From Malacoraja senta (Eukaryota): 20,000 nucleotides of DNA. The translations under genes were made by a program, and so were the position numbers. Position 1 is the first letter of the stretch. Each line of letters begins with the position of its first letter. The DNA is taken from positions 18,472,283 through 18,492,282 of the forward strand of contig CM075990.1 in NCBI GenBank assembly GCA_038087875.1, read 5' to 3'. This document shows, in pieces, positions 11,170 to 20,000 of the stretch. The notes under the pieces are model-generated. The model was given only the letters and a program-made list of their open reading frames with translations. It did no database searches and was not told the DNA's origin.

Positions 11170-12600
11170 GTCTCCTTCGTCGTCGTCTTCTTCGTCGTCG
11201 TCTCCTTCGTCGTCGTCGTCTTCGTCGTCGTCGTCTTCGTCGTCGTCTTCTTCGTCGTCGTCGTCTTCGTCGTCGTCGTCTTCGTCAGCGTCTTCTTCGT
11301 CGTCGTCGTCTTCGTCGTCTTCGTCTTCGTCGTCGTCTTCTTCCTCGTCGTCGTCTTCGTCGGCGTCGTCTTCGTCGTCTTCGTCGTCGTCTTCTTCGTC
11401 ATCGTCGTCTTCGTCGTCGTCGTCTTCGTCGTCGTCTTCTTCGTCGTCGTCGTCTTCGTCGTCGTCGTCTTCGTCGTCGTCGTCTTCGTCGTCGTCTTCG
11501 TCGTCGTCGTCTTCGTCGTCATCTTCTTCGTCGTCGTCTTCTTCGTCGTCGTATTCTTCGTCGTCGTCTTCTTCGTCGTCGTCTTCTTCGTCGTCGTCTT
11601 CTTCGTCGTCGTCTTCTTCGTCGTCGTCTTCTTCGTCGTCGTCTTCTTCGACGTCGTCTTCTTCGCCGTCGTCTTCTTCGCCGTCGTCTTCTTCGTCGTC
11701 GTCTTCTTCGTCGTCGTCTTCTTCGTCGTCGTCTTCTTCGTCGTCGTCTTCTTCGTCGTCGTCTTCTTCGTCGTCGTCTTCTTCGTCGTCGTCTTCTTCG
11801 TCGTCGTCTTCTTCGTCGTCGTCTTCTTCGTCGTCGTCTTCTTCGTCGTCGTCTTCTTCGTCGTCGTCTTCTTCGTCGTCGTCTTCTTCGTCGTCGTCTT
11901 CTTCGTCGTCGTCTTCTTCGTCTTCTTCGTCGTCGTCTTCTTCGTCGTCGTCTCCTTCGTCGTCGTCTTCTTCGTCGTCGTCTCCTTCGTCGTCGTCGTC
12001 TTCGTCGTCGTCGTCTTCGTCGTCGTCTTCTTCGTCGTCGTCGTCTTCGTCGTCGTCGTCTTCGTCAGCGTCTTCTTCGTCGTCGTCGTCTTCGTCGTCT
12101 TCGTCTTCGTCGTCGTCTTCTTCCTCGTCGTCGTCTTCGTCGGCGTCGTCTTCGTCGTCGTCTTCGTCGTCGTCTTCTTCGTCGTCGTCGTCTTCGTCGT
12201 CGTCGTCTTCGTCGTCGTCTTCTTCGTCGTCGTCGTCTTCGTCGTCGTCGTCTTCGTCGTCGTCGTCTTCGTCGTCGTCTTCGTCGTCGTCGTCTTCGTC
12301 GTCGTCTTCTTCGTCGTCGTCTTCTTCGTCGTCGTATTCTTCGTCGTCGTCTTCTTCGTCGTCGTCTTCTTCGTCGTCGTCTTCTTCGTCGTCGTCTTCT
12401 TCGTCGTCGTCTTCTTCGTCGTCGTCTTCTTCGTCGTCGTCTTCTTCGCCGTCGTCTTCTTCGCCGTCGTCTTCTTCGTCGTCGTCTTCTTCGTCGTCGT
12501 CTTCTTCGTCGTCGTCTTCTTCGTCGTCGTCTTCTTCGTCGTCGTCTTCTTCGTCGTCGTCTTCTTCGTCGTCGTCTTCTTCGTCGTCGTCTTCTTCGTC
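11170..12600. repeat. Tandem ~780 bp higher-order unit, two copies (second partial; boundaries approximate)
   Basis: ttcgtcagcg at 11281/12061 and ttcctc..cggcg at 11341/12121 (offset 780); gtattc at 11551/12334 (offset 783). Paired gcc variants follow in both copies. Confidence 0.85.
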
Positions 12601-12900
12601 GTCGTCTTCTTCTTCGTCGTCTTCTTCGTCGTCGTCTTCTTCGTCATCGTCTTCTTCGTCGTCGTCTTCTTCGTCGTCGTCTTCTTCATCGTCGTCTTCT
12701 TCGTCTTCTTCGTCGTCGTCTTCTTCGTCGTCGTCTTCTTCGTCGTCGTCTTCTTCGTCGTCGTCGTCTTCGTCGTCGTCGTCTTCATCGTCGTCGTCTT
12801 CGTCGTCGTCTTCTTCGTCGTCGTCTTCGTCGTCGTCATCTTCGTCGTCGTCTTCTTCGTCGTCGTCTTCTTCGTTGTCGTCGGCTTCGTCGTCGTCGTC

Positions 12901-15900
12901 TTCGTCGTCGTCTTCTTCGTCGTCGTCGTCTTCGTCGGCGGCGGCTTCGTCGTCGTCTTCGTCGTCGTCTTCTTCGTCATCGTCTTCTTCGTCGTCGTCT
13001 TCTTCGTCGTCGTCTTGTTCGTCGTCGTCTTCCTCGTCGTCGTCTTCTTCGTCGTCGACTTCTTCGTCGTCGTCTTCTTCGTCGTCGTCTTCTTCGTCGT
13101 CGTCTTCTTCGTCGTCGTCTTCTTCGTCGTCGTCGTCTTCATCGTCGTCTTTTTCGTCGTCGTCGTCTTCGTCGTCATCGTCTTCGTCGTCGTCGTCTTC
13201 GTCGTCGTCGTCTTCGTCGTCGTCTTCTTCGTCGTCGTCGTCTTTGTCGTCGTCGTCTTCGTCGTCGTCTTCTTCGTCGTCGTCGTCTTCGTCGTCGTCG
13301 ACTTCGTCGTCGTCTTCTTCGTCGTTGTCTTCTTCATCGTTGTCTTCTTCGTCGTCGACTTCTTCGTCGTCGTCTTCTTCGTCATCGTCTTCTTCTTCGT
13401 CGTCTTCTTCGTCGTCGTCTTCTTCGTCGTCATCGTCTTCGTCGTCATCGTCTTCGTTGTCGTCTTCATCGTCGTCGTCTTCTTCGTCGTCGTCTTCTTC
13501 GTCGTCGTCTTCTTCGTCGTCGTCTTCTTCGTCGTCGTCTTCTTCGTCGTCGTCTTCTTCGTCGTCGTCTTCTTCGTCGTCGTCTTCTTCGTCGTCGTCT
13601 TCTTCGTCGTCGTCTTCTTCGTCGTCGTCTTCTTCGTCGTCGTCTTCTTCGTCGTCGTCTTCTTCGTCGTCGTCTTCTTCGTCGTCGTCTTCTTCGTCGT
13701 CATCGTCTTCGTCGTCATCGTCTTCGTCGTCGTCTTCATCGTCGTCGTCTTCTTCGTCGTCGTCTTCTTCGTCGTCGTCTTCTTCGTCGTCGTCTTCTTC
13801 GTCGTCGTCTTCTTCGTCGTCGTCTCCTTCGTCGTCGTCTTCTTCGTCGTCGTCTCCTTCGTCGTCGTCTTCTTCGTCGTCGTCTCCTTCGTCGTCGTCT
13901 TCTTCGTCGTCGTCGTCTTCGTCGTCGTCTTCTTCGTCGTCGTCTCCTTCGTCGTCGTCTTCTTCGTCGTCGTCTCTTTCGTCGTCGTCGTCTTCGTCGT
14001 CGTCGTCTTCGTCGTCGTCGTCTTCGTCGTCGTCTTCTTCGTCGTCGTCGTCTTCGTCGTCGTCTTCTTCGTCGTCGTCTTCTTCGTCGTCGTCTCCTTC
14101 GTCGTCGTCGTCTTCGTCGTCGTCGTCTTCGTCGTCGTCTTCTTCGTCGTCGTCGTCTTCGTCGTCGTCGTCTTCGTCGTCGTCGTCTTCGTCGGCGTCT
14201 TCTTCGTCGTCGTCGTCTTCGTCGTCTTCGTCTTCGTCGTTGTCTTCTTCATCGTCGTCGTCTTCGTCGGCGTCGTCTTCGTCGTCGTCTTCGTCGTCGT
14301 CTTCTTCGTCGTCGTCTTCTTCGTCGTCGTCTTCTTCATCGTCGTCTTCTTCGTCGTCATCGTCTTCGTCGTCATCGTCTTCGTCGTCGTCTTCATAGTC
14401 GTCGTCTTCTTCGTTGTCGTCTTCTTCGTCGTCGTCTTCTTCGTCGTCGTCTTCTTCGTCGTCGTCTTCTTCGTCGTCGTCTCCTTCGTCGTCGTCTTCT
14501 TCGTCGTCGTCTCCTTCGTCGTCGTCTTCTTCGTCGTCGTCTCCTTCGTCGTCGTCTTCTTCGTCGTCGTCGTCTTCGTCGTCGTCTTCTTCGTCGTCGT
14601 CTCCTTCGTCGTCGTCTTCTTCGTCGTCGTCTCCTTCGTCGTCGTCGTCTTCGTCGTCGTCGTCTTCGTCGTCGTCGTCTTCGTCGTCGTCTTCTTCGTC
14701 GTCGTCGTCTTCGTCGTCGTCTTCTTCGTCGTCGTCTTCTTCGTCGTCGTCTCCCTCGTCGTCGTCGTCTTCGTCGTCGTCGTCTTCGTCGTCGTCTTCT
14801 TCGTCGTCGTCGTCTTCGTCGTCGTCGTCTTCGTCAGCGTCTTCTTCGTCGTCGTCGTCTTCGTCGTCTTCGTCTTTGTCGTTGTCTTCTTCATCGTCGT
14901 CGTCTTCGTCGGCGTCGTCTTCGTCGTCGTCTTCGTCGTCGTCTTCTTCGTCGTCGTCGTCTTCGTCGTCGTCGTCTTCGTCGTCGTCTTCTTCGTCGTC
15001 GTCGTCTTCGTCGTCGTCGTCTTCGTCGTCGTCGTCTTCGTCATCGTCTTCGTCGTCGTCGTCTTCGTCGTCGTCTTCTTCGTCGTCGTCTTCTTCGTCG
15101 TCGTATTCTTCGTCGTCGTCTTCTTCGTCGTCGTCTTCTTCGTCGTCGTCTTCTTCGTCGTCGTCTTCTTCGTCGTCGTCTTCTTCGTCGTCGTCTTCTT
15201 CGCCGTCGTCTTCTTCGCCGTCGTCTTCTTCGCCGTCGTCTTCTTCGTCGTCGTCTTCTTCGTCGTCGTCTTCTTCGTCGTCGTCTTCTTCGTCGTCGTC
15301 TTCTTCGTCGTCGTCTTCTTCGTCGTCGTCTTCTTCGTCGTCGTCTTCTTCGTCGTCGTCTTCTTCGTCGTCGTCTTCTTCGTCGTCGTCTTCTTCGTCG
15401 TCGTCTTCTTCGTCGTCGTCTTCTTCGTCGTCGTCTTCTTCGTCGTCGTCTTCTTCGTCGTCGTCTTCTTCGTCGTCGTCTTCTTCGTCGTCGTCGTCTT
15501 CGTCGTCGTCGTCTTCGTCGTCGTCGTCTTCGTCGTCGTCTTCTTCGTCGTCGTCGTCTTCGTCGTCGTCGTCTTCGTCGTCGTCGTCTTCGTCGTCGTC
15601 TTCTTCGTCGTCGTCTTCGTCGTCGTCGTCTTCGTCGTCGTCTTCTTCGTCGTCGTCTTCTTCGTCGTCGTCTTCTTCGTCGTCGTCGTCTTCGTCGGCG
15701 GCGGCTTCGTCGTCGTCTTCGTCGTCGTCTTCTTCGTCATCGTCTTCTTCGTCGTCGTCTTCTTCGTCGTCGTCTTGTTCGTCGTCGTCTTCCTCGTCGT
15801 CGTCTTCTTCGTCGTCGACTTCTTCGTCGTCGTCTTCTTCGTCGTCGTCTTCTTCGTCGTCGTCTTCTTCGTCGTCGTCTTCTTCGTCGTCGTCGTCTTC

Positions 15901-18420
15901 ATCGTCGTCTTTTTCGTCGTCGTCGTCTTCGTCGTCATCGTCTTCGTCGTCGTCGTCTTCGTCGTCGTCGTCTTCGTCGTCGTCTTCTTCGTCGTCGTCG
16001 TCTTTGTCGTCGTCGTCTTCGTCGTCGTCTTCCTCGTCGTCGTCGTCTTCGTCGTCGTCGACTTCGTCGTCGTCTTCTTCGTCGTTGTCTTCTTCATCGT
16101 TGTCTTCTTCGTCGTCGACTTCTTCGTCGTCGTCTTCTTCGTCATCGTCTTCTTCTTCGTCGTCTTCTTCGTCGTCGTCTTCTTCGTCGTCATCGTCTTC
16201 GTCGTCATCGTCTTCGTTGTCGTCTTCATCGTCGTCGTCTTCTTCGTCGTCGTCTTCTTCGTCGTCGTCTTCTTCGTCGTCGTCTTCTTCGTCGTCGTCT
16301 TCTTCGTCGTCGTCTTCTTCGTCGTCGTCTTCTTCGTCGTCGTCTTCTTCGTCGTCGTCTTCTTCGTCGTCGTCTTCTTCGTCGTCGTCTTCTTCGTCGT
16401 CGTCTTCTTCGTCGTCGTCTTCTTCGTCGTCGTCTTCTTCGTCGTCGTCTTCTTCGTCGTCATCGTCTTCGTCGTCATCGTCTTCGTCGTCGTCTTCATC
16501 GTCGTCGTCTTCTTCGTCGTCGTCTTCTTCGTCGTCGTCTTCTTCGTCGTCGTCTTCTTCGTCGTCGTCTTCTTCGTCGTCGTCTCCTTCGTCGTCGTCT
16601 TCTTCGTCGTCGTCTCCTTCGTCGTCGTCTTCTTCGTCGTCGTCTCCTTCGTCGTCGTCTTCTTCGTCGTCGTCGTCTTCGTCGTCGTCTTCTTCGTCGT
16701 CGTCTCCTTCGTCGTCGTCTTCTTCGTCGTCGTCTCTTTCGTCGTCGTCGTCTTCGTCGTCGTCGTCTTCGTCGTCGTCGTCTTCGTCGTCGTCTTCTTC
16801 GTCGTCGTCGTCTTCGTCGTCGTCTTCTTCGTCGTCGTCTTCTTCGTCGTCGTCTCCTTCGTCGTCGTCGTCTTCGTCGTCGTCGTCTTCGTCGTCGTCT
16901 TCTTCGTCGTCGTCGTCTTCGTCGTCGTCGTCTTCGTCGTCGTCGTCTTCGTCGGCGTCTTCTTCGTCGTCGTCGTCTTCGTCGTCTTCGTCTTCGTCGT
17001 TGTCTTCTTCATCGTCGTCGTCTTCGTCGGCGTCGTCTTCGTCGTCGTCTTCGTCGTCGTCTTCTTCGTCGTCGTCTTCTTCGTCGTCGTCTTCTTCATC
17101 GTCGTCTTCTTCGTCGTCATCGTCTTCGTCGTCATCGTCTTCGTCGTCGTCTTCATAGTCGTCGTCTTCTTCGTTGTCGTCTTCTTCGTCGTCGTCTTCT
17201 TCGTCGTCGTCTTCTTCGTCGTCGTCTTCTTCGTCGTCGTCTCCTTCGTCGTCGTCTTCTTCGTCGTCGTCTCCTTCGTCGTCGTCTTCTTCGTCGTCGT
17301 CTCCTTCGTCGTCGTCTTCTTCGTCGTCGTCGTCTTCGTCGTCGTCTTCTTCGTCGTCGTCTCCTTCGTCGTCGTCTTCTTCGTCGTCGTCTCCTTCGTC
17401 GTCGTCGTCTTCGTCGTCGTCGTCTTCGTCGTCGTCGTCTTCGTCGTCGTCTTCTTCGTCGTCGTCGTCTTCGTCGTCGTCTTCTTCGTCGTCGTCTTCT
17501 TCGTCGTCGTCTCCTTCGTCGTCGTCGTCTTCGTCGTCGTCGTCTTCGTCGTCGTCTTCTTCGTCGTCGTCGTCTTCGTCGTCGTCGTCTTCGTCAGCGT
17601 CTTCTTCGTCGTCGTCGTCTTCGTCGTCTTCGTCTTTGTCGTTGTCTTCTTCATCGTCGTCGTCTTCGTCGGCGTCGTCTTCGTCGTCGTCTTCGTCGTC
17701 GTCTTCTTCGTCGTCGTCGTCTTCGTCGTCGTCGTCTTCGTCGTCGTCTTCTTCGTCGTCGTCGTCTTCGTCGTCGTCGTCTTCGTCGTCGTCGTCTTCG
17801 TCGTCGTCTTCGTCGTCGTCGTCTTCGTCGTCGTCTTCTTCGTCGTCGTCTTCTTCGTCGTCGTATTCTTCGTCGTCGTCTTCTTCGTCGTCGTCTTCTT
17901 CGTCGTCGTCTTCTTCGTCGTCGTCTTCTTCGTCGTCGTCTTCTTCGTCGTCGTCTTCTTCGCCGTCGTCTTCTTCGCCGTCGTCTTCTTCGCCGTCGTC
18001 TTCTTCGTCGTCGTCTTCTTCGTCGTCGTCTTCTTCGTCGTCGTCTTCTTCGTCGTCGTCTTCTTCGTCGTCGTCTTCTTCGTCGTCGTCTTCTTCGTCG
18101 TCGTCTTCTTCGTCGTCGTCTTCTTCGTCGTCGTCTTCTTCGTCGTCGTCTTCTTCGTCGTCGTCTTCTTCGTCGTCGTCTTCTTCGTCGTCGTCTTCTT
18201 CGTCGTCGTCTTCTTCGTCGTCGTCTTCTTCGTCGTCGTCTTCTTCGTCGTCGTCGTCTTCGTCGTCGTCGTCTTCGTCGTCGTCGTCTTCGTCGTCGTC
18301 TTCTTCGTCGTCGTCGTCTTCGTCGTCGTCGTCTTCGTCGTCGTCGTCTTCGTCGTCATCTTCTTCGTCGTCGTCTTCGTCGTCGTCGTCTTCGTCGTCG
18401 TCTTCTTCGTCGTCGTCTTC
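12901..18420. repeat. Near-identical 2760 bp tandem duplication (12901-15660 and 15661-18420)
   Basis: Lines match at an offset of exactly 2760: ggcggcggc 12937/15697, cttcatagtc 14391/17151, ORF starts 14414/17174. By eye I found four substitutions and no indels. Each copy contains an internal 657-bp duplication (13701/14358; ctcc 13824/14481). Confidence 0.93.
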
Positions 18421-19150
18421 TTCGTTGTCGTCGGCTTCGTCGTCGTCGTCTTCGCCGTCGTCTTCTTCATCGTCGTCGTCTTCGTCGGCGGCGGCTTCGT
18501 CGTCGTCTTCATCGTCGTCTTCTTCGTCGTCGTCTTCTTCGTCGTCGTCTTCTTCGTCATCGTCTTGTTCGTCGTCGTCTTCCTCGTCGTCGTCTTCTTC
18601 ATCGTCATCTTCTTCGTCGTCGTCTTCTTCATCGTCGTCTTCTTCGTCGTCGTCTTCTTCGTCGTCGTCTTCTTCGTCGTCGTCTTCTTCGTCGTCGTCT
18701 TCTTCGTCGTCTTCTTCGTCGTCGTCTTCTTCGTCGTCGTCTTCTTCGTCGTCTTCTTCTTCGTCGTCGTCTTCTTCGTCGTCGTCTTCTTCGTCGTCGT
18801 CTTCTTCGTCGTCGACTTCTTCGTCGTCGTCTTCTTCGTCGTCGTCTTCTTCGTCGTCGTCTTCTTCGTCGTCGTCGTCTTCGTCGTCGTCGTCTTCGTC
18901 GTCGTCTTCTTCGTCGTCGTCGTCTTCGTCGTCGTCATCTTTGTCGTCGTCGTCTTCGTCGTCGTCTTCTTCGTCGTCGTCTTCGTCGTCGTCATCTTCG
19001 TCGTCGTCTTCTTCGTCGTCGTCTTCTTCGTTGTCGTCGGCTTCGTCGTCGTCGTCTTCGTCGTCGTCTTCTTCGTCGTCGTCGTCTTCGTCGGCGGCGG
19101 CTTCGTCGTCTTCGTCGTCGTCGTCTTCGTCGTCGTCGTCTTCGTCGTCG
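18421..19150. repeat. Recurrence of the ttgtcgtcggc...ggcggcggc module at a 606 bp offset
   Basis: ttgtcgtcggc at 18425/19031 and ggcggcggc at 18487/19093. The same module is at 12875/12937. Confidence 0.7.
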
Positions 19151-20000
19151 TCTTCTTCGTCGTCGTCGTCTTCGTCGTCGTCGTCTTCGTCGTCGTCTTC
19201 TTCATCGTCGTCGTCTTCGTCGTCGTCGTCTTCGTCGTCGTCTTCGTCGTCGTCTTCTTCGTCGTCGTCGTCTTCGTCGTCGTCGTCTTCGTCGTCGTCT
19301 TCGTCGTCGTCGTCTTCGTCGTCGTCTTCTTCGTCGTTGTCTTCTTCGTCGTCGTCTTCTTCGTCGTCGTCTTCTTCGTAGTCGTCTTCTTCGTCGTCGT
19401 CTTCTTCGTCGTCGTCTTCTTCGTCGTCGTCTTCTTCGTCGTCGTCTTCTTCTTCGTCGTCTTCTTCGTCGTCGTCTTCTTCGTCGTCGTCTTCTTCGTC
19501 GTCGTCTTCTTCGTCGTCGTCTTCTTCGTCGTCGTCTTCTTCGTCGTCGTCTTCTTCGTCGTCGTCATCTTCGTCCTCATCTTCTTCGTCGTCGTCTTCT
19601 TCGTCGTCATGGTCTTCGTCGTCGTCTTCTTCGTCATCGTCGTCTTCATCGTCGTCGTCTTCGTCGTCGTCTTCTTCGTCGTCGTCGTCTTCGTCGTCGT
19701 CGTCTTCGTCGTCGTCGTCTTCGTCGTCGTCTCCTTCGTCGTCGTCTCCTTCGTCGTCGTCTTCTTCGTCGTCGTCTCCTTCGTCGTCGTCTTCTTCGTC
19801 GTCGTCTCCTTCGTCGTCGTCTTCTTCGTCGTCGTCGTCTTCGTCGTCGTCGTCTTCGTCGTCGTCTTCGTCGTCGTCTTCTTCGTCGTCGTCGTCTTCG
19901 TCGTCGTCGGCTTCGTCGTCGTCTTCGTCGTCGTCTTCTTCGTCGTCGTCTTCTTCGTCGTCGTCTTCTTCGTCGTCGTCTTCTTCGTCGTCCTCTTCTT

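Larger units (their letters stand above)
9940..19998 (-). other. Stop-free Asp/Glu reading frame, (EEDDD)n, ~3350 codons, entering from the right edge with no start codon in the window; coding status unproven
   Basis: Plus-strand triplets gtc/ttc at positions 1 mod 3 read GAC/GAA on the minus strand. I found no tta/cta/tca in this phase between 9943 and 19998, and the first stop is TAA (tta 9940-9942). Openness is also expected from the repeat composition alone. Confidence 0.2.
1..20000. repeat. Compound trinucleotide (GTC/TTC; minus strand GAC/GAA) tandem array / satellite, dominant 15-bp monomer GTCGTCGTCTTCTTC, running off both window edges
   Basis: Every line consists of GTC and TTC triplets, mostly in 3+2, 4+1 (15 bp) or 3+1 (12 bp) arrangements, with sparse single-base variants. 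There is no unique sequence anywhere. Confidence 0.98.

Noticed and set aside
1775..19381. Poly-serine ORFs on the plus strand
   Set aside because: They start at TTG codons made by CpG transitions and end at scattered TAG variants. They are a translation of TCG/TCT repeats with no gene context.
10140..19649. 3169-aa (KKTTT)n ORF resembling a mucin or Sgs3-type glue protein (and the shorter K/T ORFs)
   Set aside because: Codons are almost only ACG and AAG with little third-position variation. The commonest variant is non-synonymous (ACG>ATG), which also creates the apparent start codons. There is no signal peptide or unique domain.
1..20000. CRISPR array or other repeat-spacer system
   Set aside because: There are no unique spacers, no leader and no associated genes. 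Variation is limited to point changes and triplet counts.
1..20000. Synthetic binary encoding (GTC/TTC as 0/1) or pure sequencing artefact
   Set aside because: Rare variants are shared collinearly between kb-scale copies and are dominated by CpG transitions, which fits natural duplication and mutation. Local assembly errors cannot be excluded without reads.
1..20000. Telomeric repeat array
   Set aside because: It lacks the G-run motif typical of telomerase products, and its variants are inherited in kb-scale blocks rather than re-templated as a uniform unit.
1..20000. Assignment to a specific organism or named satellite family
   Set aside because: There is no unique flanking sequence. The similarity to cereal AAG/ACG arrays is at motif level only and needs a database search.

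Overview
The whole 20 kb window is one simple-sequence tandem array, with no unique sequence and no conventional gene, RNA gene or mobile element. It is built from two triplets, GTC and TTC (minus strand GAC/GAA), grouped mostly into 15-bp monomers: (GTC)3(TTC)2, with (GTC)4(TTC) and 12-bp (GTC)3(TTC) variants. The plus strand has almost no A and is extremely CpG-dense. Rare point variants act as markers and show nested higher-order repeats: 15/30 bp, ~600-800 bp, a ~3.2 kb duplication on the left and a near-perfect 2760-bp duplication on the right. Triplet phase is broken only once, by a 1-bp deletion near 1580. The poly-Ser and Thr/Lys ORFs in the track are most simply by-products of the repeat. 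The track misses the minus-strand Asp/Glu (EEDDD)n frame, which has no start codon in the window but is stop-free from the right edge to a TAA at 9940-9942 (~3350 codons). The commonest variant is synonymous in that frame. The best interpretation is a eukaryotic-type microsatellite-derived satellite array. A giant polyacidic exon is a lower-probability alternative, and the organism cannot be determined from this window.
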